Virus record (IMG/VR): IMGVR_UViG_3300032323_001800
Location: 1 to 64,000 of that record
Reading direction: 5' to 3' (one strand)
From: a virus
DNA length: 64,000 nt
Within the stretch, counting starts at the first letter, position 1. Each line of letters begins with the position of its first letter. The notes beneath the pieces were generated by a model, which was not told the origin of the DNA, did no database searches, and worked only from the letters and a program-made list of their open reading frames with translations. Positions 53,911 to 62,304 of the stretch are shown piece by piece. The position numbers and the translations under genes were made by a program.

Positions 53911-54564
53911 ATGAAAACATTAAAGCATATCGGTAGAATTAAATCAACCGGTGAAAAAGTTCTAGTAGCATTTAGAACAATCCCAGGAGATTCGTCGTTT
54001 GCTCTTGTTGTTACTGTTGGTTCTTTAACAGCACCGCAACATGATGCTATCATAAATCTTGTAGAAACTGATCAAGCCCAAGATGCGTTTGAATTCGGTG
54101 AAGTGTTGGCTATCAGACATTTCCCAGAAGGCGGACTTATGTTGCCAGTGTTAAGTCAATTAGGAAAACTACAAAAAGTAGGAACTTCGGATATATTGAT
54201 TACACCAACATCCGACGAAGGTAAAACGATTCCGTTAAGTGATCTTAACACAATTATTGCTGAACAGAAGAACTGTGCTGTTGATGATCTATGCAATTTT
54301 GTTTCAGGTGCGCCATCAACCGAAGTACGCACTGCTGCTAAAGTTAATGAAGTGCCTAAGACCAAAGAACCGGCTATCGAAGAGTCAGCTGTACTTAAAG
54401 CAGCAAACAACGAAGTATTAGATGATAAATCCATTGCTCGTTCATATCGTAGCCAGGCAGATGCTATGTATAAAGAAGCTGCTAGATTACGTAAAGAAGC
54501 TGATTCATTAGATCCACCGCAGAAGAAAACAACTTCAAAGGTAAAAGAAACCGAAGGTGCCTAA
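53911..54564 (+). CDS. Hypothetical protein
   Basis: 217 aa. Confidence 0.6.
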   Translation: MKTLKHIGRIKSTGEKVLVAFRTIPGDSSFALVVTVGSLTAPQHDAIINLVETDQAQDAFEFGEVLAIRHFPEGGLMLPVLSQLGKLQKVGTSDILITPTSDEGKTIPLSDLNTIIAEQKNCAVDDLCNFVSGAPSTEVRTAAKVNEVPKTKEPAIEESAVLKAANNEVLDDKSIARSYRSQADAMYKEAARLRKEADSLDPPQKKTTSKVKETEGA

Positions 54565-54871
54565 AAAATTATTCAAGCCACCAAAAGACGTTATCCAAGA
54601 GTGGCCTGAAATCTTTGAAGACCTTTATATGAGCACTATTCCTATTTCATATATGCATAGTGTGGAAATAGAGTTTGACGATGGCAGGATTTGGGAAATT
54701 AATGTCGCTGAACAACTGGAACTAAACGAAGCTGAGATTGTGGCGAAAAAGTTAATCGAAGCATTCAGAGAATATCAAAACGAAATTCATAATATGAATT
54801 TTAGAGTAGATATCGAAAAATTAAAAAATGATGTAATTAATTCAACGAAAGGTATACTAGGTAACAAATGA
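54557..54871 (+). CDS. Hypothetical protein
   Basis: 104 aa, GTG start. Confidence 0.55.
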   Translation: MPKKLFKPPKDVIQEWPEIFEDLYMSTIPISYMHSVEIEFDDGRIWEINVAEQLELNEAEIVAKKLIEAFREYQNEIHNMNFRVDIEKLKNDVINSTKGILGNK

Positions 54872-55554
54872 ATGTTAAACTTTTATCATATTCCCAACCA
54901 ACAGGCGAGTTTGCAGACATGGGCCTCAAAGATGCGCAAGAACTCATTGCGTATTGCGCCCGTGTCAGCAATCCCAGCAACCAGTTTAACACCGAGACAT
55001 CAGAGAAACTCATCCGATACTTGGTCAAACACGCACACTGGTCACCACTCGAAATGGTCAGCGCCTGCATTGAGATCGAAACCACAAGAGATATCGCCAG
55101 ACAGATCCTCAGACACAGAAGTTTTAGTTTCCAAGAATTCAGTCAGCGATATGCTGATCCTACTACAGACCTCTCGTTCGTGGTTAGAGAAGCACGGAAG
55201 CAAGATCCAAAAAACAGACAGAACTCGATCGCATTGGAGCCTACAATCGGCGATGCAATGTTACAGGACCAATGGAGAGATAAGCAGCTCGAACTTATCA
55301 AACTCGCAGCAGACACTTACAAGTGGGCTGTCGATAACGGCATAGCTAAAGAACAAGCTCGATCTGTTCTACCGGAAGGTAATACCGTAAGCCGATTATA
55401 CATGAACGGAACTCTGCGCTCATGGATACACTTCATTCAGTTACGGTCTGGGAATGGGACACAACTAGAGCATCAAAGAATTGCCATTGCGTGTGCCGAA
55501 GTAATTACTAAGGTATTTCCTATGAGCAAGGAATTCGTTGAAACAGATCAATAA
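54868..55554 (+). CDS. thyX: Flavin-dependent thymidylate synthase
   Basis: HWSPLE, QILRHRSFSFQEFSQRY, ARSVLP and LRSWIHFIQLR. Confidence 0.95.
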   Translation: MNVKLLSYSQPTGEFADMGLKDAQELIAYCARVSNPSNQFNTETSEKLIRYLVKHAHWSPLEMVSACIEIETTRDIARQILRHRSFSFQEFSQRYADPTTDLSFVVREARKQDPKNRQNSIALEPTIGDAMLQDQWRDKQLELIKLAADTYKWAVDNGIAKEQARSVLPEGNTVSRLYMNGTLRSWIHFIQLRSGNGTQLEHQRIAIACAEVITKVFPMSKEFVETDQ

Positions 55555-56939
55555 CTTTTACAAAGATTATAGAATTCTGTCATTTCGGGGAACGTTTTTA
55601 AAAAATTCGTTCCTCTTCTCTTATCGTGTTCATCAACAAACATAATAAAATCTTTTCTATTATTAATTTGATTACTACCAAGTTTGGATTGATATACAGA
55701 CAAGAGTCTTTCTAATTTTTGAATTTCAGAATTATAAAATCCAAGATCATACATTGTTGCTATCTGATCGTTTATATTTTCTAAAAAATTCTCTGTTAAT
55801 ATACCAACTGATTGATGAGGAGGATTATTTAGATACGGTATATCTAACACAACCATACGCTTGTCAAATTGTTTCCTTAACACAAATTTAAGAATTGTTT
55901 CATACCATGTAAGTTTGCCATACTTAACATTTAACGCAGCAACATCATTTAAGAACTTGTTGTATGAAGTTACAGATAACGCATTATATGTACTCATAAT
56001 TCCTAATTTTGATTTAGGAACAGTTGAAAGATATTTCTCACAATTTACTAACCATTGATTATAATCTAAACCGTGTCTAATATATTCCGCTGCTTGGCCA
56101 TAGGCTTCGCAACTTGTATAAATTATTAAACTTTTTACTGCGTTTTGTTTTTTTATTAATTGAAGTTTTTTTATAAACTTATCAAACAACTCATCAGGCA
56201 CACAGAAATTAGAATTTATACTCAGTTCTAATTGTGTATTGGGATTAGAAATTATATAATCCAATACCTGAAACGTGTGCTTTGATAACAGGGGTTCTCC
56301 CCCAGTAATTCTAAATGTATGTAAGTCAGGATATAACGACGGCCACCACTGCCAAAAAGCATCTACATACGGATTTTCCTCTCTTTCAGGAATAGGCTCT
56401 TTGTTTTGAATTTTAATCCAGTTAAGATTATTAAATTGTGTAGATGTAGGATACGGGCCGTGTTCTTTTATTTCTTCCATCCACTTACTGCTGACATCGG
56501 GCGAACAGTAAGAACATTTAAAATTACAAACATTACTAAATGAAACTTCTAAATATTTAGGATTGATCGACTCAGTTGAACCAGCAGTTAATACATCATC
56601 AATAAATGGTCTTGACCACGGTTCATAACTTTTTAAAACTCTATCGCTGAGAAGTTCTCCAGCATCTTCAACTTTCCAGCAATAATCACATTCTTTAGGT
56701 CTAATGCCATTTAACATTTCTTCACGTATTGATTTTTTAAAAGATGTGTTGTGCAATGCGCTAGGATCTTTTTGTATTTCAGAGATAGGAATAACGTGAG
56801 TTCTAGGATGATGGCAACTATGTGTATGCCCTACTCCTAAATGAAGAGTAGTTTGTGTCCATTTAGCTGTACAGAAACTAGGGCTAATTGAATCTAATTG
56901 TTTTTTATAATCAATTCTGTCTTGAGACCATTTGTTCAT
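55548..56939 (-). CDS. Radical SAM protein with an N-terminal SPASM/twitch-like Cys cluster
   Basis: CNFKCSYC, ITGGEP; N-terminal CTAKW...HSCHH...CDYCW. Confidence 0.88.
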   Translation of the reverse strand: MNKWSQDRIDYKKQLDSISPSFCTAKWTQTTLHLGVGHTHSCHHPRTHVIPISEIQKDPSALHNTSFKKSIREEMLNGIRPKECDYCWKVEDAGELLSDRVLKSYEPWSRPFIDDVLTAGSTESINPKYLEVSFSNVCNFKCSYCSPDVSSKWMEEIKEHGPYPTSTQFNNLNWIKIQNKEPIPEREENPYVDAFWQWWPSLYPDLHTFRITGGEPLLSKHTFQVLDYIISNPNTQLELSINSNFCVPDELFDKFIKKLQLIKKQNAVKSLIIYTSCEAYGQAAEYIRHGLDYNQWLVNCEKYLSTVPKSKLGIMSTYNALSVTSYNKFLNDVAALNVKYGKLTWYETILKFVLRKQFDKRMVVLDIPYLNNPPHQSVGILTENFLENINDQIATMYDLGFYNSEIQKLERLLSVYQSKLGSNQINNRKDFIMFVDEHDKRRGTNFLKTFPEMTEFYNLCKSY

Positions 56940-57594
56940 ACTTGTCTTTTAACCATTTGAAATCGTTAATCTTTTTAAGTATTAACGGTCTATCTTTATT
57001 TGCAGTTCCAAATTCTCTACCAAATTTTGCACCTGATTCTACGAATTCGGCATTCTCAACATTATTAAATTTAGAACACCAGATATCTAATCGGTATTCG
57101 TCTTCGCTGTTATTTCTATTAGGAATAATTCCCGAACTAAGTTTGGTACATTCTCTAACAGCAGTTCGCCATGCTTGGAATGGAGTTGAATTAAATTTAT
57201 GTATGCTTAATAATTTTTTAACTATATGTATATGCCCGTTAAATGATGTTGTAAAATCAATCACATCTTTATCTACAAAAAGGCTACGTTGAAAGACCTT
57301 TACTCCACCATGACCATATTCTAGATCATTTACAGGATTTTTTGATCGGAACACATATATTTTATTTTTTTCTTTTACACTATCATATACATCATTTAAT
57401 GAAAAATCTAAAAGATAGTTATCCGAATCAACAACCATAAATTGATCAGTGAATGATTTCGATGCACATGCTTTATGCGATTCTGCTATAGAAGTGATTG
57501 TATTCAATCGTTGAATCGTTGGCAATACACTCTTTGCTTTTGCAAAGTTTTCTTCTGCGTTTGAATCATCGTAATTTAAAAAGAATTTTTCCAC
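56911..57594 (-). CDS. GT-A-like glycosyltransferase (paralogue of 57576-58493)
   Basis: FMVVDSDN (DxD), LEYGHGGVK and TPFQAWR..VREC. Confidence 0.6.
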   Translation of the reverse strand: MEKFFLNYDDSNAEENFAKAKSVLPTIQRLNTITSIAESHKACASKSFTDQFMVVDSDNYLLDFSLNDVYDSVKEKNKIYVFRSKNPVNDLEYGHGGVKVFQRSLFVDKDVIDFTTSFNGHIHIVKKLLSIHKFNSTPFQAWRTAVRECTKLSSGIIPNRNNSEDEYRLDIWCSKFNNVENAEFVESGAKFGREFGTANKDRPLILKKINDFKWLKDKYEQMVSRQN

Positions 57595-58493
57595 AAATTA
57601 TCTCTATTATAATATGTTCTACCTAGTTCTATTGATTCGTTATAAAGATCAATTAAACATAAACTTTGATTAGCATCGAAGTTAGCCCAATTTAAGCCTA
57701 ATTTAAGTTTTATCTGATGGCCGGTTTTTGTAATTTCTTCTTGACATCCAACTAAATTAGTTTCAAAGTGTTTTGCTATGTCATTATATATCTGTGCCAA
57801 TACTTCAAAATCTCTAACCTGCACATAATCCCAATTAGGATCATGTAACATCAAAGATCCCTGTCTTGCTCCTAATATAGAAAACAAACCATTTTTAGCA
57901 TGTGCGCCAATTGAAGACCAAATTCTTAGTCTGTGTATGTTGTGCCAATACACGTCAGAAGAAATATTTTGCGGTTGAACTTTGATTCCATTTTTAGTAA
58001 GCATCTTAACGCCTTCGCGAAAACCTGCTCTCCATGCTTGGAACGGGGTTTCATTCATAATGCTATCGCTGAATACAAGAGGAAAATTTTTGTAACCATC
58101 TTCCCAACAAAAATCAATTTGTGATCCGTTTGATTCAGCAGACTCGTGCGTCAGCATATTATTAACAAACGATTTACTCCAGATCTTAAGACCACCATTG
58201 CCATATTTTAAACCGTTTATAACATTATTCGCACACCAACTGAAAACTTTTACTTCATCAGTAATATCTAAATTTAAATCTAAAAACTTAGTGTGTATTT
58301 GATTGTCACCATCGACTGTTACAAACCATTCAGTATCTGACAGTTGAGCAGCAGCTTTATGGGCAGCATCTGACCCTTTAACTCCATGCACACGCTTTGC
58401 CCAAGGTGCTTTGTTTAATAAGTCAGCATAATTAATTTCAGCATTAGGCTCGTCGTAACTAATGTAGATTATATCAATTTCAGATATTTTCAT
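57576..58493 (-). CDS. GT-A-like glycosyltransferase
   Basis: FVTVDGDN (DxD), LKYGNGGLK and TPFQAWRAGFREG; start moved to MKISEID. Confidence 0.6.
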   Translation of the reverse strand: MKISEIDIIYISYDEPNAEINYADLLNKAPWAKRVHGVKGSDAAHKAAAQLSDTEWFVTVDGDNQIHTKFLDLNLDITDEVKVFSWCANNVINGLKYGNGGLKIWSKSFVNNMLTHESAESNGSQIDFCWEDGYKNFPLVFSDSIMNETPFQAWRAGFREGVKMLTKNGIKVQPQNISSDVYWHNIHRLRIWSSIGAHAKNGLFSILGARQGSLMLHDPNWDYVQVRDFEVLAQIYNDIAKHFETNLVGCQEEITKTGHQIKLKLGLNWANFDANQSLCLIDLYNESIELGRTYYNRDNLWKNSF

Positions 58494-59083
58494 TCGAAAG
58501 CACATCCATATGTTTTAAATGTTTTTCTTGTATAAAAACTTAAATTAGAACTATAAAGAAAATCAAAATCTATTTTACTGATACGAGAAATAACTTCGTT
58601 AGTATCATTTAGATCTTCAAAATTAAATTTAAATGATTCATACAATACATTTATATCATCTTTTTTAGTAGCATATACTGTTATGCTACTTTCTTTTTTA
58701 TCGATAAGATCTTTTTTAGATCCGTTATATGTTACTATTAAATGCGGGATGTTATCTATAGAACATATTTTTAAAACAACATCAAATAAACTTATTGTTT
58801 CTAATCTCACAAACGGGATTTTATAAAAAGAATTATAGTCTGAATCTAATTGTATATCAAATTTATCAACTACTTTTAAGAGAGAACTATCGAGGTCTAT
58901 TTTGTAATTAGACATCTTTTTATTGCACAATAAAAAATCTTGATATAGCTCTATATAATTTTCAGTTACAACAATAAACGATTCATTGACATTTATGTTA
59001 TCGGTTGGATTAACCGACGATAAAGACCGTATATCACCGGTGCTGCTATTATATACAAAATAAAATTTATCTTCAGATGTCAT
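58490..59083 (-). CDS. Hypothetical protein
   Basis: 197 aa in the coupled operon. Confidence 0.55.
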   Translation of the reverse strand: MTSEDKFYFVYNSSTGDIRSLSSVNPTDNINVNESFIVVTENYIELYQDFLLCNKKMSNYKIDLDSSLLKVVDKFDIQLDSDYNSFYKIPFVRLETISLFDVVLKICSIDNIPHLIVTYNGSKKDLIDKKESSITVYATKKDDINVLYESFKFNFEDLNDTNEVISRISKIDFDFLYSSNLSFYTRKTFKTYGCAFE

Positions 59084-59928
59084 AATTTAAAATTTAATTT
59101 CATTTTTTGATTATATCCGTCAAACAAATTAGAAAAATCTAAATCTTTTTCAACATAATGTATTATGTCGTATTGATGGAATGAACCTATTTTATACTCA
59201 TCAATATTATTTGTGTAAAACCCAATGTCTCGAGACCACTTAAATATTGGAGTTTTTAAATTTTGAATCATTGGTTTCATATGAACAAACTTAGGAAACT
59301 CTAACGGATGTGATATTTGATCTTGTATATCCAACAACTGTGCCGCTAAAGAAAAGATTTCGTCCGTGCCCATTTCGTTTGGCTTTTCTTTTTCTAAAAA
59401 CATATTTTTAAATTCTTCTTTTTGATTTGTAATGGCCTGTACCAACTCAAAAAAATCTCGAACCATATAAGATTCTTTTTTAAAAAATGTGTATGCTGAA
59501 TACAAATTAGGCAAATTGTTTTCTTTATAGATTTTCCTATAATAATCGCTGGTTACTATTTCATTTCTGTAAGTCAATACATTAGATGCTATATACATTT
59601 CGCAGTTTTCAACAAAATAATCAATCCAATGGCTAGTATCTCTCATAAAAATCATATCAGCATCTAAACACACTGTATGTTTCCATGGTGAAATTTTATT
59701 CATATAGGATCGACCGTCCCAGTGAGTTTGCTTGTCCCAGTATTCAACTTTATCAAACGCCCATGAGGTTTTATATAATTCAAGTTTTTTTACGTTATCA
59801 GTTACTAACGCAACATTATCGTATCCTGCCTTTTGAGTTCGTTTTATAGACAACGCCAATAGATGAGCCATAGCATGGTAATCATGAATTCCGTCATCCG
59901 ATACTATTATTAAATAACCAAAACTCAC
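59080..59928 (-). CDS. GT-A glycosyltransferase (GT8-like)
   Basis: SPWKHTVCLDADMIF (DxD), late H-x-K (VHMKP) and DEIFS. Confidence 0.7.
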   Translation of the reverse strand: MSFGYLIIVSDDGIHDYHAMAHLLALSIKRTQKAGYDNVALVTDNVKKLELYKTSWAFDKVEYWDKQTHWDGRSYMNKISPWKHTVCLDADMIFMRDTSHWIDYFVENCEMYIASNVLTYRNEIVTSDYYRKIYKENNLPNLYSAYTFFKKESYMVRDFFELVQAITNQKEEFKNMFLEKEKPNEMGTDEIFSLAAQLLDIQDQISHPLEFPKFVHMKPMIQNLKTPIFKWSRDIGFYTNNIDEYKIGSFHQYDIIHYVEKDLDFSNLFDGYNQKMKLNFKL

Positions 59929-60737
59929 AGTAATGCCTCTTTAAATTCTAAAATTGCAGACTTATTCATAACATGTACATCAGAATCTTGAATAGTCAGC
60001 AATGTGTCATTATTTTTTAAGATTAATTTGACTATTCCCTTATCTATTTTTAACACACTCTCGTCGTTTAATGTAAATGACAGAGGAGGAAGATATAATC
60101 TATCTAAAGACGATGCATACATGATATGTTCTGCTAATGTAAAAGCAATATCGTTCCTATATTGAAACGGCACAAAATTATATACGTCAGCATAGTAAAG
60201 ATAATTTTCCTTTATGTGCTTTACTAAATTAAAAAAAGTTTCTGCTTCTTGAGTTTTTTTAAACATAATAGCAGTTGCCCATCTTAATTTTGGACCGGTG
60301 TTAGATACATATATGTCGGGAATCTCTAATCTAGAATTAGCAGGGTCAAGCATTGTTTCGCAAAGGATAACGCTCTGATCTATATCCCAATACTGATTAA
60401 ATCTATCAGTAAAAATTAATAGATCACTGTCAATTAACAGCGTATGTTCGTAGGGTGTTAAAGCGTATATATCTGGCCGATTCCAATTTAAAAATGTGTC
60501 GGTGATTTTTCCATCGATAACTCGAACGTTGCCGTTTTTTGGTTTGTCTGTTAAAATTATTTTATCAAAAAACTCAAAAAAAGAATTGTTTTTTAAATTT
60601 TCTAAAGATTCTTGATCTGTAATTAGCGAAACTGGCAAATTTAAATTTTGTCGAGCCAAAGAAGCAGCGATAGCTGCCAGTGTTGAATACGATACAATCG
60701 GTGTATCATGAGCTACAACTAAAAGTCCCCGTGTCAT
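59925..60737 (-). CDS. GT-A glycosyltransferase (paralogue of 59080-59928)
   Basis: TPYEHTLLIDSDLLI (DxD); shared N-terminal GxL...Y...A...A.S...V.L.TD...FD pattern. Confidence 0.65.
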   Translation of the reverse strand: MTRGLLVVAHDTPIVSYSTLAAIAASLARQNLNLPVSLITDQESLENLKNNSFFEFFDKIILTDKPKNGNVRVIDGKITDTFLNWNRPDIYALTPYEHTLLIDSDLLIFTDRFNQYWDIDQSVILCETMLDPANSRLEIPDIYVSNTGPKLRWATAIMFKKTQEAETFFNLVKHIKENYLYYADVYNFVPFQYRNDIAFTLAEHIMYASSLDRLYLPPLSFTLNDESVLKIDKGIVKLILKNNDTLLTIQDSDVHVMNKSAILEFKEALL

Positions 60738-61084
60738 AGTTTTTCCAAATCATATATAGATCTAGCTTTTTTTAACTTTTCAACATGATCAATGTACTCG
60801 GTTGTAGCCGAAAAATATCTGTCTATGATTTTATCACTGAATTCTTTTAAATTAGTAATAATTACAGGGTTTTTATTTGAGTCAAGTACCGGAATCGATT
60901 CAATCCGATCATTACTAATTAAAAAATTAACGAAATTAATTAGTTCGTGATCTATTTTGAATATTCCGCCGTTAAACCCAAAGGTTAAATCAGCGTCTAA
61001 CTTTTCTTTTAAGTATAAACGCTGAGTAGTTAGCGACTTATGATAGTCTGCGTATTCTAATGCTGATTTTAATTTATTATCCAT
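60734..61084 (-). CDS. Hypothetical protein, first gene of the GT operon
   Basis: 116 aa; promoter 6 nt upstream. Confidence 0.6.
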   Translation of the reverse strand: MDNKLKSALEYADYHKSLTTQRLYLKEKLDADLTFGFNGGIFKIDHELINFVNFLISNDRIESIPVLDSNKNPVIITNLKEFSDKIIDRYFSATTEYIDHVEKLKKARSIYDLEKL

Positions 61085-61090
61085 CTCTGT

Positions 61091-61120
61091 ATTCTAGCAT
61101 ATTATATATGCTCTTGTCAA
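61091..61120 (-). promoter_or_regulatory. Sigma70-type promoter TTGACA-N18-TAGAAT (extended TG)
   Basis: Minus strand: TTGACA at 61120-61115, TAGAAT at 61096-61091, ATG at 61084. Confidence 0.7.
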
Positions 61121-61134
61121 GAGATAAAATAAAT

Positions 61135-62295
61135 TTATGATGAACTGATTGTAGTAGGAGAAATTACTAAATCGGAAAACGGATAATTTAATGTTATGCC
61201 GCCCGTGGTGTAGAATAATATGAATGCTATGCTGATATCAGCTGTTACTGCCTGGGCAAATACGTTAGCGTGTGCATCGGCCATAGTAATCGACCATCTC
61301 ATTCTCCTTTCGTTAAGAGCTCTATGTGTTATTGAAAGGTAATTTGTTGCATAGCTACCACTACCCGCAACCCTGTAAATTTCTCTATCAAAGGCATCAG
61401 CATCGTAAAATCCAGCTGTAGTCCAATTTCCCGGACGACTTCCCATGTTGGCAGCATTTCGACCCCCATAATTGACCGGAGTTGTATTCAAAATTGCTGC
61501 CCAAGATTCGTCTTTTAGTTTTGAGTTTGCTGTAGTTGCCGCACCTGCATTGATATCAAATTGAATATGCCCACCGGTGTTAAACCATTGACGAATAGCA
61601 TTTAAAGACGGCCACTCTATTTCTAAAGTAAATGATAATGTACCTGTCCAGTCACCGGTGAACGTTCTAGGGCTAGTTGCAGGTTGATTAGATGTGCTTT
61701 CACCTAAGTAGTATTTCTGGGTATTAGAGGCATTTGCTAGATTATAAAAAGAATCATATACATTGTATCTAATTATTGAACCTCGAGTCGATGTAGGTAA
61801 TTCGCCAGCACCTGTGCCATCGGCTACTGTAAATCCAGTTTGATGTTTTCTTACCGAAGCTAAATCTGCTCTTAATCTGTTAAATTGATTAGCAGAAATA
61901 ATGAACTGCTGTATTCTTCCTGTTTGGCCAGTTTGCCATGTTGTGAAACCAGCAGTATTGGTATTAAGATTAATGGTAAAAGTAAAGGTGCTAACTGTAA
62001 CAACACTTACGTATCTGTCATTTAACTCTACCATTCCTCCACCAATACTATCAATATAGATAATCTCTCCTGGAACTAAATTGTGTCGAACATTAGTCGT
62101 TACAGTAGCTTGCGAGGCTTTGCTCACACTTGTAATTTGTGCTGTAGAAAATGGATATTGTTCAGAAACAATAGTAGCTTGTCCGTAGCCTGTATCTACA
62201 GGGATAGTACCGGATGTAGGTCCAATTAGTGTTGCTACCGTGCTTTGTATAGCATTGTATTCAGAGAAAATAACCGTAGATCCAAGACTTGCCAT
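61135..62295 (-). CDS. Virion/tail structural protein with an FCCH-like beta domain
   Basis: ITSVSKASQATVTTNVRHNL...GEIIYI...MVELN resembles the insert in the 743 protein; RQWFNTGG-type C-terminal domain. Confidence 0.65.
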   Translation of the reverse strand: MASLGSTVIFSEYNAIQSTVATLIGPTSGTIPVDTGYGQATIVSEQYPFSTAQITSVSKASQATVTTNVRHNLVPGEIIYIDSIGGGMVELNDRYVSVVTVSTFTFTINLNTNTAGFTTWQTGQTGRIQQFIISANQFNRLRADLASVRKHQTGFTVADGTGAGELPTSTRGSIIRYNVYDSFYNLANASNTQKYYLGESTSNQPATSPRTFTGDWTGTLSFTLEIEWPSLNAIRQWFNTGGHIQFDINAGAATTANSKLKDESWAAILNTTPVNYGGRNAANMGSRPGNWTTAGFYDADAFDREIYRVAGSGSYATNYLSITHRALNERRMRWSITMADAHANVFAQAVTADISIAFILFYTTGGITLNYPFSDLVISPTTISSS

Positions 62296-62304
62296 TTCTA
62301 ATCC

